Below the pieces are notes generated by a model. The model did no database searches, was not told where the DNA came from, and saw nothing but the letters and a program-made list of their open reading frames with translations. Shown piece after piece: positions 39,922 through 50,288 of a stretch of 64,000 nucleotides of DNA. How positions within the stretch are numbered: position 1 is the first letter of the stretch; the number at the start of each line of letters is the position of its first letter. Both the position numbers and the translations under genes were made by a program. Location: contig CACPPU010000004.1 in NCBI GenBank assembly GCA_902635945.1, positions 2,820-66,819 of the forward strand. The letters are read 5' to 3'. This DNA comes from an uncultured Candidatus Actinomarina sp. (lineage in GTDB: Bacteria; Actinomycetota; Acidimicrobiia; Actinomarinales; Actinomarinaceae).

Positions 39922-41295
39922 TTATTTTTTCATGGTTACTAAACCAAAGTATATTGCAAGTTGTGAACTTATTTCTTCTGCCTGAAAGAAAAACATCAAT
40001 AATATTGTTAAAAGCCCACATAACAAGTAAGCATCTAATATCCCATAGTTCATTAATATCTTGCTAAATATATTTTTTAAAATAATTAAAAATATAATTA
40101 CACCAATAATCCCGCCAGAAAAATATAAATTTGCATATAAATTATTGAAGGAGACTATTTGTCCTGGATTTCTATATACTAAACTTCCATCTTTAACCTG
40201 TTTAGTGATTTCACTAAATTGGGGCGAATACTGGATATTTGAAATTCCTAAGCCTTCACCGAAAATTTTAAACTTTTGAGTAGAGATATACTCCCCTAAT
40301 ATATCAATGTTTTCAAATCCTCCAATACCACCTGAAGAAATTATAGAAAATCTTTCAAAAACACTTTGATAAATATTACTTGAATTTTTAGCTAAATCTT
40401 GATCGTCATCATATATTGAACAATCGCATTTATCAGCTGACTCTGGTGGACACATAGATGGATCTAAAGCTGGAAACTTATAACCAAAATTATTACCAAA
40501 AATACTTATTAAAAAAATAAATATTATTGGTATTACTAATAAAAAATTTAAAGATTTGTTTTTATATAATTCGATGAAAACAACAACAGAGAAAACTAAT
40601 ACAATACTAATAATTCCAGTAAGACTTCTTGTTAAAACTAATGATGTTAGGGGTATGATCGAAATTAAATACCAAGCTTTAGATTTTCTAGCCAAATAAA
40701 AAATAAGTGGAATTATTGGAGCTACCCAAACTGCTAAAAAACTTGGTTCTCGAAATGTACCATAGTTTCTCAAAACAGCACACGCTCTTCTGATTGGTTG
40801 AGACCAACCACCTGTACCGGCCCTCGATCTTGTAAAATCTGCAAAATCGAATATATATGAAAAATAAGAATATAGAGATAAGATAGATATAAAAACACCG
40901 ACATATGCAACCAATGTTATGACATAGTCCACATTCTTTTTCTTTATGAAATGGATAATCAAAGAAACAATAGAATAAAAACTTATAATTTTTAATATCC
41001 TGAGGGATATAAACTCAATAAAACTAGTTGTAGCATATTCAGGCATATTGGCTTCAAAAGTAAAAGCTCTAATTATTGTTACCAAAGTTAAGTAGTAAAG
41101 GAAGTACTTAATCAGAGTTAAGTCAAAAACATACCCCCTAGTACCACTAATTTTTAGATAAACAAAAATTAATACATAAATTACCACTCCTATCCAAGAC
41201 AAAGGAATATTAAAAATTGAAAACGCATCTAGTCCTTCTAAGAAGAAAGCAATCGTAAATAAAAATATCGGTAAGTTAAGTTTGTCTATTTTCAT
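39922..41295 (-). CDS. Polytopic membrane protein, O-antigen polymerase/ligase (Wzy)-like
   Basis: 457 aa and more than 10 TM, with a large Cys-rich external loop (CPPESADKCDC). Located inside the glycan cluster. Confidence 0.5.
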   Translation of the reverse strand: MKIDKLNLPIFLFTIAFFLEGLDAFSIFNIPLSWIGVVIYVLIFVYLKISGTRGYVFDLTLIKYFLYYLTLVTIIRAFTFEANMPEYATTSFIEFISLRILKIISFYSIVSLIIHFIKKKNVDYVITLVAYVGVFISILSLYSYFSYIFDFADFTRSRAGTGGWSQPIRRACAVLRNYGTFREPSFLAVWVAPIIPLIFYLARKSKAWYLISIIPLTSLVLTRSLTGIISIVLVFSVVVFIELYKNKSLNFLLVIPIIFIFLISIFGNNFGYKFPALDPSMCPPESADKCDCSIYDDDQDLAKNSSNIYQSVFERFSIISSGGIGGFENIDILGEYISTQKFKIFGEGLGISNIQYSPQFSEITKQVKDGSLVYRNPGQIVSFNNLYANLYFSGGIIGVIIFLIILKNIFSKILMNYGILDAYLLCGLLTILLMFFFQAEEISSQLAIYFGLVTMKK

Positions 41296-42905
41296 GAGAA
41301 CCTTTTATACCCCTCGGAAAATTTTACTTTCACTCCACTATTTTGTTCTCCCCATGAAGTATATTCTTCTAATTCAACATCCTTAGATAAATCTTCTATC
41401 GTAATAAATCCGTTGGCAATAGAGACTTTTCTATAAATTCTTTTTCCATTGAATTCTGCAAACCCTAAAAAATTATTGTTGTCAAATGTTATAACTTCTC
41501 CATCACCCATGTAATTTAGCTTAAAACAATCAAACTCATTCTCTTTTGGAAATTTTAATTTAACATTAGGCCCCCAATGAAAATCAAGAGATCTAAAACT
41601 ATTCCTAAGTTGAATGTCATCTGTATAAGTTCCTGTTCCTGGATCTCTCGCAATCCAATTATCATTTGTGAAACATTCGATTGAAAGTTGATCATAGTGT
41701 GAATGACCACCAATTCCATTCTGGCCAATAGGACCACATCTTAAGCTAAAGTATTCATCTTCATTTCTCCATACATATAAACCAAAATCCTTAAAACAAA
41801 ATGTTTGATATTCCTTTGTAAATACCTTTATAGGTTTATGACTCGCTCTGTAGTAGTTATCAAATGTAGGAGGAGGATTATTTATTTGCTTCCTAAATTT
41901 TGATTCTATTTTGCTAAAGTCTTCTTCCTTATAAAGATTCCCAATTAAATCTATTAACCAGGTCATTTTTAAAGGCATACTTTCACTAAATCCAAAATAA
42001 AATAATCTACCGGAATCATTGTCTCCAATTTGAGACAACTCACCATTGTTCATTAATTTTGATAAAAATACTCGATTTGATTTAATGATCTCATCTAGCC
42101 TTTGAATTATGATTGAATTTTTGTCAACTTCCTCAATTGAAAGCTTACAAATTATCAATGCCTCTGTGACGAATGCAGCATAATGAGATGAACCTTCAAA
42201 ACTAGTTCCGTCTTCATAAAATTGATTTTGTAACTCTGACAATAACTCATCATGATAAAATTTATATTCTTCATCACCTTTAACGAATGAAAATGTTGCA
42301 ATTGTTAACAAAATTGATGTAAGTTCAATTAAATAATGATTTCCAACAACATTCCCCTCGTTTTCTAAATTGCTTTTTATGAATTCATAATGTTGACTTA
42401 TATAAGCAGATAATAAATCTTTATTATTTCCCAAAATTTCAGGAATTTGATTATTTTTTTCTATTGATAGAAAGTGAAATATTAAATTGATATTTCTAAT
42501 GGCAACATCCATGGGACTATTCCAATAAATTTTTGGAAACTTATTAACATCAATTTTTCCTTTTTTTAATTTTTGTAAATACTGTAGTCTTGAAGCTTCA
42601 TAGGGAACCTTTACATCTGCTTTATTAAAAAAAGCTGGTTTTAACTTTCTATTGGAAAAATCAAAATTTGTAAATATGTCTTCAGATAACTCATATTTAT
42701 CTGTGACCATACCAAAAATTTTTAGATTTTTATTAAGGTCAATTTCTTCTTCTGCATCAGATTTGCAATGGTCATATATAAAGTTTTGATATGTTGTATT
42801 TTTTCTAGTAAATATTTTAAAATCAGATGGTATTTGAATATCTGATGTGAAAAGACATTTTAGGTTGTATTTAATTTTTCTTAAAAATGTTTTGAAACTA
42901 CTCAT
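41292..42905 (-). CDS. Heparinase II/III-like (alginate-lyase-fold) protein
   Basis: FEGSSHYAAFVTEAL (N-terminal alpha/alpha toroid block) and GIGGHSHYDQLSIE (Hepar_II_III GHxHxDxLS block). No evident signal peptide. Confidence 0.65.
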   Translation of the reverse strand: MSSFKTFLRKIKYNLKCLFTSDIQIPSDFKIFTRKNTTYQNFIYDHCKSDAEEEIDLNKNLKIFGMVTDKYELSEDIFTNFDFSNRKLKPAFFNKADVKVPYEASRLQYLQKLKKGKIDVNKFPKIYWNSPMDVAIRNINLIFHFLSIEKNNQIPEILGNNKDLLSAYISQHYEFIKSNLENEGNVVGNHYLIELTSILLTIATFSFVKGDEEYKFYHDELLSELQNQFYEDGTSFEGSSHYAAFVTEALIICKLSIEEVDKNSIIIQRLDEIIKSNRVFLSKLMNNGELSQIGDNDSGRLFYFGFSESMPLKMTWLIDLIGNLYKEEDFSKIESKFRKQINNPPPTFDNYYRASHKPIKVFTKEYQTFCFKDFGLYVWRNEDEYFSLRCGPIGQNGIGGHSHYDQLSIECFTNDNWIARDPGTGTYTDDIQLRNSFRSLDFHWGPNVKLKFPKENEFDCFKLNYMGDGEVITFDNNNFLGFAEFNGKRIYRKVSIANGFITIEDLSKDVELEEYTSWGEQNSGVKVKFSEGYKRFS

Positions 42906-44109
42906 GAGATCTTTTAAAGCTGTAGGTAGTTAAGATTGAAATCAGAATTTGCGAAATCACTATAGACAATATAGCTGGATTAAAACCAATATAATGCATT
43001 AAATAATAAATAGCTATAGAAGCGCAGGATCCAAACAATACTGATTTTGTTAATCTAATTTCAAAATTTAATGCTCTTGAGAATATGATATTTATGCGTG
43101 ACCAAACCATTACTGGCAGTGCAAACATAATCCATGAAGTGTAGCTTGATACATCAACAAACTCTGCACCAAGTAATGAAGTAAATATATCTCCGGCAAA
43201 TCCTCTAAAAATAAAAAATAGTATTGGTATAGAAAAAGAAAATAGAAATACTGTCCTTAACTTAGACCTAACATCATTAACATCTTTACTGCTTTGTGCT
43301 TTTGCTAATTCAGGAAATAAAATATCTAGACTTGCTGCTAAAAGCTGAAAAATAATTTCTAAAATCCTTCTGGACCATGCTAAAACTCCAAGAGTGGGGC
43401 CAGCATAAAATAATCCAAGCAAAACAATATCTAATTCTGATATAAGAGCACTTGAAAAAGTAGTTAATACCATTTTTTTACCTGAACCTTGTATTTCATC
43501 TTTAACATGTTTATCAGATTCAAAATTAAAATTATTATCTTTTTTTGGAATAGATACATGAGCAACTATAAAAAAAGTAATTAGTGTTAAAACTTGGAAT
43601 ATGATTATTGAATATATAGAAAAATCTTGTAAAACAAGTACAGATGCGCCTACACCATAAATAATTGTTCGCAAAATTATCTGCTTAGAACTTGTAACAA
43701 AATCGCCTTTTGCTTGATAATATGCCAAAGCTATATGAATCATTTCATTAAATATGAACCCTAATAAAAATAGAGCCGTCATTGAAAGGTTTCTATTAAA
43801 GAGTAATGAAATAGGTACTAGGATTACTAGAGCTACTATTAAATTTCTAATTATTAACGTATAAGCATTTTGAAACAATTCTTTTGAATTTGGATTGTTT
43901 TGTGCCAACATTTTTGTAACTACAAGCGCTATAGACAGTGCTGCTGCTGTGCCGATTAAGACTGAAAGACTTTTTGATGAAGCGTACTCTCCATATATTT
44001 CAGCACCATACACTCGACTAATAATTGTGATTAAAAAGAAATTAACAATTAAAAGAGTGAGTTGCATTATGGATATATAAACTGTGTTTTTCTTCCAGTT
44101 TTTAATCAT
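42898..44109 (-). CDS. wzx: Polysaccharide flippase (MOP/Wzx family)
   Basis: 403 aa and about 12 TM, with typical Wzx architecture and cluster context. Confidence 0.6.
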   Translation of the reverse strand: MIKNWKKNTVYISIMQLTLLIVNFFLITIISRVYGAEIYGEYASSKSLSVLIGTAAALSIALVVTKMLAQNNPNSKELFQNAYTLIIRNLIVALVILVPISLLFNRNLSMTALFLLGFIFNEMIHIALAYYQAKGDFVTSSKQIILRTIIYGVGASVLVLQDFSIYSIIIFQVLTLITFFIVAHVSIPKKDNNFNFESDKHVKDEIQGSGKKMVLTTFSSALISELDIVLLGLFYAGPTLGVLAWSRRILEIIFQLLAASLDILFPELAKAQSSKDVNDVRSKLRTVFLFSFSIPILFFIFRGFAGDIFTSLLGAEFVDVSSYTSWIMFALPVMVWSRINIIFSRALNFEIRLTKSVLFGSCASIAIYYLMHYIGFNPAILSIVISQILISILTTYSFKRSHE

Positions 44110-45947
44110 CGAGAACTCCTACTTAAATGCCAATTGGAAAGATTTGATAAATACCATTTCTTTTGATAATCAGATTCAGAAAATACTTTTCTTAAATACT
44201 TGGGATCAAAAAGATGAGTGGAAGCGTTAAAGTTTCGAGCAGACTCGTAAAATATATCTTCATCTTTTTTTATCCACTCCCCTACGGGAGCTCTAAAACC
44301 TTGTTTTTTTCTATGTATAATTTCAGAAGGTAAATAGTTTTTAGCAACTTGTTTTAGTATTGGTTTTCCAGAGTTATTTGGTAATAAAAGTTCTTCAGGT
44401 ATTGATAAAATAAATTCTACTAATTTATGATCTAGAAAAGGGACTCTAGTTTCGACTCCCGACTGCATAACAAGCTTATCCATCCTCATTAAGAGCAACT
44501 CTGGCAATCTTATCTTTAAATCTACAAGAGTCATCCATTTAGATAATTTTGCATCTGATTTATTGAAATATTCTTTCCATTTATTATCAACAAGCCTTAC
44601 TAGCCCATTTTCAAGTAATCCTTTATCAGAAATTAAACTACTAATTTCACCTAGATTAAACCCGAGAGCACCACCTGCAAATGTAGTCTTTCCAAAAATC
44701 ATATTTGATAAAAGATTCATTCTGTGATTTGTATACTTAGAAAATTTATTATTTGAGGATGAATAAGGTTTTATAAATTCTGACAATTTTAATAACCTAT
44801 TCCAATGATCGTAACCATAAAAAAGCTCATCTGAACCCTCACCAACCTGTACAACCTTTATTCCGGAAGATGTAGCAGCCCTTCCAAGGAAATAAAGTGG
44901 GATACCAACCTCATCACCTACTAAATCATCTTGGTAATAAGAGTAGTTATCAAGAATTTGTTTGAAATTTTCAAAATTTAATTTTTCTTCTGAAAGATCT
45001 ATTCCGATCTCGGCAGATGCAAATCTAGCTTCTTCTAGTTCTCCGCTATATCCCTCAAAACTCTCTTCATAGTCTACATTGAAAGCCCTGAGGGTAGAAT
45101 TTGTATTTTGATTCATTAGTTTTCCTAGGAGTGAGGAATCCAATCCTCCAGAAAGAAAAAGGCCAACCTCTACGTCACTAACCTTTCTATACTCTACTGA
45201 TTCATTAAGCAACCTATCCAATTCGGTAAAAACTGTTTGTTGGTCTAAATTATTATTTACTGAAATTTTAAATGGATCCCAATAAGTTATTTTTTCAATT
45301 TTTCCGCTATTACTGAATCTAATAAATTGACCAGGCTGTAATTTCTTTATGTTTTTATTTCCAGTTCTATCAGCAGGGACACAAAGATGCCTTAAGTAAG
45401 CAATGTATGATTCAATATCAGGTTCAAATTCTACTATATTTGATAATTCGATTGCTTTTATCTCTGAACCAAAAATAATCCAATTCTTATATGTTGAATA
45501 ATATAAAGGCTTTATTCCAATTCTATCCCTAGCGATAAATAGACTCTTAGCTTCGTTGTCATAAACTGCAAAAGCAAACTGACCTCGTAATTTATCTAAT
45601 ACTTTTTCACCATATTCTATAAACCCTTGGAGAAGAACTTCAGTATCACCACTTGTTTTAAATTTATAACCTTTTGATTCTAAGTTTTTTCTAATTTCTT
45701 TGTAGTTGTAGATTTCACCATTAAAAACTATTGAGTACCTTTGATCTGTTGATTCAAATGGTTGATTTGATCGATCATTTAAGTCAATTATTGACAATCG
45801 AGTATGTATTAAACATGTTGATTGGTTAATAAATTTTGAGGAAGAGTGGTCAGGACCTCTATGTTCTAGAGATCGCTTTACATTATCAACAATTGTTGAG
45901 TCAATTTTGGAATTGTCTAAGCTTATAATTCCAGCTATTCCACACAT
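44106..45947 (-). CDS. Asparagine synthase-like glutamine amidotransferase (AsnB/WbpS/WbtH type)
   Basis: MCGIAG N-terminal nucleophile, and the SGGLDSS PP-loop. 613 aa. Confidence 0.85.
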   Translation of the reverse strand: MCGIAGIISLDNSKIDSTIVDNVKRSLEHRGPDHSSSKFINQSTCLIHTRLSIIDLNDRSNQPFESTDQRYSIVFNGEIYNYKEIRKNLESKGYKFKTSGDTEVLLQGFIEYGEKVLDKLRGQFAFAVYDNEAKSLFIARDRIGIKPLYYSTYKNWIIFGSEIKAIELSNIVEFEPDIESYIAYLRHLCVPADRTGNKNIKKLQPGQFIRFSNSGKIEKITYWDPFKISVNNNLDQQTVFTELDRLLNESVEYRKVSDVEVGLFLSGGLDSSLLGKLMNQNTNSTLRAFNVDYEESFEGYSGELEEARFASAEIGIDLSEEKLNFENFKQILDNYSYYQDDLVGDEVGIPLYFLGRAATSSGIKVVQVGEGSDELFYGYDHWNRLLKLSEFIKPYSSSNNKFSKYTNHRMNLLSNMIFGKTTFAGGALGFNLGEISSLISDKGLLENGLVRLVDNKWKEYFNKSDAKLSKWMTLVDLKIRLPELLLMRMDKLVMQSGVETRVPFLDHKLVEFILSIPEELLLPNNSGKPILKQVAKNYLPSEIIHRKKQGFRAPVGEWIKKDEDIFYESARNFNASTHLFDPKYLRKVFSESDYQKKWYLSNLSNWHLSRSSR

Positions 45948-46014
45948 TTATCTAACTTTAATGTAATATTTTTTATTTAAAGAACATTAATTATTTTTGT
46001 TTAAAGTAAATAGT

Positions 46015-46632
46015 ATGAAATATTTCATAGATTATTTTCTTATAGTTATCATTTTTCCAATTTTTGTAATTATATTTCCATTAATTTCTCTAATGATTTT
46101 AATTTTTGATTCAAGTCCAATCATTTATTCACAAAAAAGAGTGGGGCTAGGTGGAAAAGAGTTTTCATTATATAAATTTAGAACAATGTCGGTATCCTCA
46201 GATGAATCTGTTCACAAAGAGCATTACAAAGATCTTTCAAGTAACAAAAAAATAGAGCCTTCATTAACCCCTGATGATCCAATCAGAATAGAGAATGATG
46301 ATAGAATCACAAAAATTGGATCATTTCTAAGAAAAACATCACTTGATGAGTTGCCTAATTTGCTAAATGTATTGCGGGGACAAATGTCTTTTGTTGGACC
46401 AAGACCACTTGTAAAATATGAATCAGATTTATATGGCGAGTACAGTAAAAAAAGAAATTCAGTTAAACCTGGTATTACTGGACTAGCCCAAATTCAAGGA
46501 AGGCTTGATTTGAGCTTACAGGAAAGACTCTATTGGGATATTGAATATGTTGAGAAGAAATCTTTTTATTATGATTTATTAATAATCTTAAAAACAGTTA
46601 TTTCAGTTCTTTCAAGAAGAGGCGCTAATTAA
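46015..46632 (+). CDS. Initiating phosphoglycosyl transferase (bacterial sugar transferase, PglC/WbaP C-terminal type)
   Basis: One N-terminal re-entrant helix, KFRTM, and DELPNLLNVLRGQMSFVGPRP. I prefer ATG 46015 over TTG 45997. Confidence 0.85.
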   Translation: MKYFIDYFLIVIIFPIFVIIFPLISLMILIFDSSPIIYSQKRVGLGGKEFSLYKFRTMSVSSDESVHKEHYKDLSSNKKIEPSLTPDDPIRIENDDRITKIGSFLRKTSLDELPNLLNVLRGQMSFVGPRPLVKYESDLYGEYSKKRNSVKPGITGLAQIQGRLDLSLQERLYWDIEYVEKKSFYYDLLIILKTVISVLSRRGAN

Positions 46633-47793
46633 ACTTATATACTTTTTATAAACAATATCTTTATTTGAAATATTGCTTTGAAAGTTTTTTATATTTTCTA
46701 AAATACTTTCAATTTTTTCAGGTTTTTTCATTTGCTCGAGTTTAGTGACAACATCTTCAGGAGCATTCACGTCTATATTGAACCCTAAACCATACTTACT
46801 TATTAATTCTGAAACTGCAGATTGAGGATTTGAAAAATTTACTAGAATTTTATTCATATTTAAATAATCAAAAGTTTTTCCTGGAAAGCCCTCAATTGTT
46901 ATCTCATAATCTAAACAAACAAGAGCAAATGGTATTTCTTTGGTAGCAAGTTCCAATTGATCTCTTGGGAGATAATTATTTATTAAAATATTATCATTTG
47001 AATAATCAGAGAGTGATCCAAATTCCTGGCCTGCACCATATAAATAAAACTCCCAAGAACTTGGAAAGTGTTCATTGAAGAATCTTAAAAATGAAGCAAT
47101 ATTTTGTGGCCTGCCTGTATTTCCTGCATAAAAAATTTTATTTAATTCATACGATGGCTGTGAGTCACTCTTGTCATAAGGCGAAAAGTGATGAATTGTA
47201 TGAATTTTTTCGGAAATAATTTTTCTTTCTTTTATTAAATAATTTTTTAATTGTTCTGAATTTACAACAACTTTACTTACACTCTTCAATGAATAATTGT
47301 CGATAGATTTAAAAATTTTATTTAAAATTTTCCCTGGTTGTTCATTAAGCTTCTCAGCTATTTCAGGATATAACTCCCAAAGTGAATAAATAGTGTTAAT
47401 TTTTAAAATTTTTGAAGTAAAAATACAAACCAGATTCATAGTCGGGGGGTAGCTAAAAATTAATACATTATCATAATTTCTTCTATTTCTATAAATAAAT
47501 ATCATAGATTTAATATTAAAAATTAACCATTGCATGAATCTTAATGAATTAACAAACTGTCTTGGACTAGATTTAATGTAATGTACTTTTATATCTTTAT
47601 AGACTTCTGATTTTAGATATTTATTATTCTGACTAAACAAATCAGCACTTTTTAAATTGTATTGTGGTGAACTTGCTAATACTTCTATATTGTGATGCTC
47701 ACTATTAATTCCATCAGCTATTTCTGAGACAATCATGCCGGTTGAAATAGTGTCAGGTGGGAAAGTTAAGGAATGAATTAAAGTTTTTTTCAT
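46612..47793 (-). CDS. Glycosyltransferase family 4 (WbuB-like)
   Basis: N-terminal IHSLTFPPDTISTG and C-terminal GFPGKTFDYLNMNK. Located downstream of the 6-deoxy-hexosamine-type module. Confidence 0.6.
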   Translation of the reverse strand: MKKTLIHSLTFPPDTISTGMIVSEIADGINSEHHNIEVLASSPQYNLKSADLFSQNNKYLKSEVYKDIKVHYIKSSPRQFVNSLRFMQWLIFNIKSMIFIYRNRRNYDNVLIFSYPPTMNLVCIFTSKILKINTIYSLWELYPEIAEKLNEQPGKILNKIFKSIDNYSLKSVSKVVVNSEQLKNYLIKERKIISEKIHTIHHFSPYDKSDSQPSYELNKIFYAGNTGRPQNIASFLRFFNEHFPSSWEFYLYGAGQEFGSLSDYSNDNILINNYLPRDQLELATKEIPFALVCLDYEITIEGFPGKTFDYLNMNKILVNFSNPQSAVSELISKYGLGFNIDVNAPEDVVTKLEQMKKPEKIESILENIKNFQSNISNKDIVYKKYISLISASS

Positions 47794-48947
47794 TTTAAAA
47801 ATGATCTTGATGTGTCAAAATCATAATCTTCTTTTTTATGCATATTAAATTCATTCTTTTTGGCCAAATCTATCAAATCATTAACTATGATTTCTGATGA
47901 ATTACCATCGCCAAATGGATGTGACCATTCAGTTTTATTTAACTCATTTGCTTTTGAATGAACTTGATCTAACTCAAGAGCTTCAGTAGTAGGATCAAAT
48001 TTGATTGACGAACCTACTTCATAAACTTCTGGTCTTTCAGTGCTATATCTCATTTGAATTGTTGGAATTCCCAAGATACATGCTTCTTCTACTACTGTAC
48101 CTGAATCAGAAATGCAATATGATGAATTTTTTAGCAAATAGATAAACTCTAAATATCCTATTGGGTCTATAACTAAAACGTTCTCATTTAGTTTTAATCC
48201 CCACTCTTTCAATTTTCTTTGTGTGGCATATCCCATTGGGAACACAACTTTTTTACTTGAAGAGTTAATTAATTTTATTATTCTTTCAAAACTTTTTTGG
48301 TTAAGAATATTTTCTCTTCTGTGACACGTCACCAAAACATAATCTTGATTATTTGTAAATTTCTTTACACCATCATTAAGGTAATCTACTCCGGAATCAA
48401 ACAGGTCTTTAAACTCATCAAGAATATCTACTATAGGATTGCCAGTTACTTTTATTATGCTGTCAGATATACCTTCATTTAGTCCTTGTTGCTTATAAGA
48501 AGGGAGATAAGAGTAAATTCTATCGGATAAATGATCAATAGTTTTTCTGTATTTTTCTTCTGGCATTCTCCAGTCGTATGACCTCATGCATCCCTCAATA
48601 TGGATTATTGGAATATTGTGCTGTGCTACACCAATCGAACCCATAACTGTGTTTGTGTCGCCTAAAAACATTACTGCTTTGTACTTATTATTTTCTAAAT
48701 GAGAATATGTTTCCTTAATGATTGACGCAACAGTAGTTGCATCATTTGTGACATCAATATTGAATTCAAAGTCTGGAAATGGTGTGTTAAGTTGATTAAA
48801 AAAAACATCTTTCATATTTTCTGAATAATGTTGTCCAGACCATATAAAATCAAAATCTATTTCACTTGAATTGTTTAAAAGCTTTATGATCTTACTGGCC
48901 CTAATAACATCTGGCCTTATGCCCAAAATTAATCCAATGTCTTTCAT
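47790..48947 (-). CDS. UDP-N-acetylglucosamine 2-epimerase family (FnlC/WbvD-like)
   Basis: LGIRPDVIRASKI, SGQHYS, HIEGCMRS, PEEKYR, and SDSGTVVEE. Confidence 0.75.
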   Translation of the reverse strand: MKDIGLILGIRPDVIRASKIIKLLNNSSEIDFDFIWSGQHYSENMKDVFFNQLNTPFPDFEFNIDVTNDATTVASIIKETYSHLENNKYKAVMFLGDTNTVMGSIGVAQHNIPIIHIEGCMRSYDWRMPEEKYRKTIDHLSDRIYSYLPSYKQQGLNEGISDSIIKVTGNPIVDILDEFKDLFDSGVDYLNDGVKKFTNNQDYVLVTCHRRENILNQKSFERIIKLINSSSKKVVFPMGYATQRKLKEWGLKLNENVLVIDPIGYLEFIYLLKNSSYCISDSGTVVEEACILGIPTIQMRYSTERPEVYEVGSSIKFDPTTEALELDQVHSKANELNKTEWSHPFGDGNSSEIIVNDLIDLAKKNEFNMHKKEDYDFDTSRSFLK

Positions 48948-49846
48948 ACTTTATTAAGAATACCTTTAGTTATATTGCTTTCTGATAATTCTTTAATATT
49001 TTCTTCAACCGTTGGAACATCGCTATATCCTGCATCCATCCACAAATTTATGTTTCCTTCTTCATTATCAGTCATTAAAGTTCTGTTAACCGATTTTGTT
49101 GAATTGGTTTTCTCAATCTCTACATGCACATCAAAATATTTTTTAAAATATTTGAGGAGACTATATTTTGAAACTTGATCCTTCGGAACAATATGTTGTG
49201 TGTGAAATTTAAAATTATTATTTTTAATCATTCCATGAGCTATTTTCGCAAAATTTAAAGTTGTAATACCATTCCACATATGGTCATCAAATCCATTTAC
49301 TTTGGGTTCTTCTTGATTTAAGAACCAATTCAATAGAGATTTACCTTTTCCAACTTCTGGACCAACAATACTCCCCCTGATCAAATACTTATTACTGTTT
49401 TCCGCTTCTCCTCCAATTTTTGTTTTTCCATAAACATCTTCAGCATCCTGAAAAGAAGACTCTTTATAATCGCCTTCATTACCCGAATAAACACAATCAG
49501 TACCAATTTGAATAAATTTAAATTCATAAACCTCTGCAAGTTTTGATAAGCTCAGAGGAAAATAAGTATTAATTTTTATAGCTCGTTCAATAGAGTCTTT
49601 GTTGTTCTCATTTATTTCGGGTTTTATAACTCCTATGCAATTAATTAAATAATTAGGCTTAATATCTTGAATTAAACCTTCAAGATCATCATCTAAAACA
49701 TCAAATTTGTATGTTTTATTATTTATGTCTTTAGATTCAGCAACTCTATTTGTAAGAAATATTTTATACTCTTTTAGATTTAAGAAATATTCAGCAACCA
49801 TTGTTCCTAACATTCCGTTTGAGCCTAATATTAAAATTTTATTCAT
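48944..49846 (-). CDS. RmlD-like NAD(P)H-dependent 4-keto-sugar reductase
   Basis: ILILGSNGMLG Rossmann motif and VYGKTKIGGE (YxxxK). I prefer ATG 49846 (MNKILILG) over the ORF-track start at 49906. Confidence 0.65.
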   Translation of the reverse strand: MNKILILGSNGMLGTMVAEYFLNLKEYKIFLTNRVAESKDINNKTYKFDVLDDDLEGLIQDIKPNYLINCIGVIKPEINENNKDSIERAIKINTYFPLSLSKLAEVYEFKFIQIGTDCVYSGNEGDYKESSFQDAEDVYGKTKIGGEAENSNKYLIRGSIVGPEVGKGKSLLNWFLNQEEPKVNGFDDHMWNGITTLNFAKIAHGMIKNNNFKFHTQHIVPKDQVSKYSLLKYFKKYFDVHVEIEKTNSTKSVNRTLMTDNEEGNINLWMDAGYSDVPTVEENIKELSESNITKGILNKV

Positions 49847-50285
49847 AAAGATTAGGATTAAATTTGCTCCAAGGATCCCAAAATTTTGATTCAAATCGAT
49901 AATCATCTTTAATCGACTCTTCTAAGGGAAGTGATGATAAATACCTAATCGAGTTATTTTCTGATAGATTCATTGCTCCATTGGCATAATTTTTTGGAAT
50001 AAAAAGAACTCCGTCATTTGGAGTCATATTAAATTCAAAAATTTTTTGTTCTTTATTTGGATTTTGAAAATTATCGATTTCAACAGCACAAACAAGAAAC
50101 TCTCCTTCTTCTACTATTATCCACTTTTCTTCTATTTTGTGACCATGCCATGCTCTTACAGTTTTGATTTGTTTATTTGTTACTTTGTAGGTTCTGACAG
50201 CCTTATTTAAATCCAATTCATTTGTGAAGGAAACTGTACCTCTGTGATCAGAATTAGAACTTCTTTGGTACAGTATTGGTTCCAT
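49839..50285 (-). CDS. Cupin-fold sugar epimerase/isomerase (WxcM/FdtA- or RmlC-like)
   Basis: 148 aa. RGTVSF...VRAWHGHKIEEKW...ANGAMNLS is a cupin His/beta-barrel pattern. Sandwiched between two SDR enzymes. Confidence 0.5.
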   Translation of the reverse strand: MEPILYQRSSNSDHRGTVSFTNELDLNKAVRTYKVTNKQIKTVRAWHGHKIEEKWIIVEEGEFLVCAVEIDNFQNPNKEQKIFEFNMTPNDGVLFIPKNYANGAMNLSENNSIRYLSSLPLEESIKDDYRFESKFWDPWSKFNPNLYE

Positions 50286-50288
50286 AAT

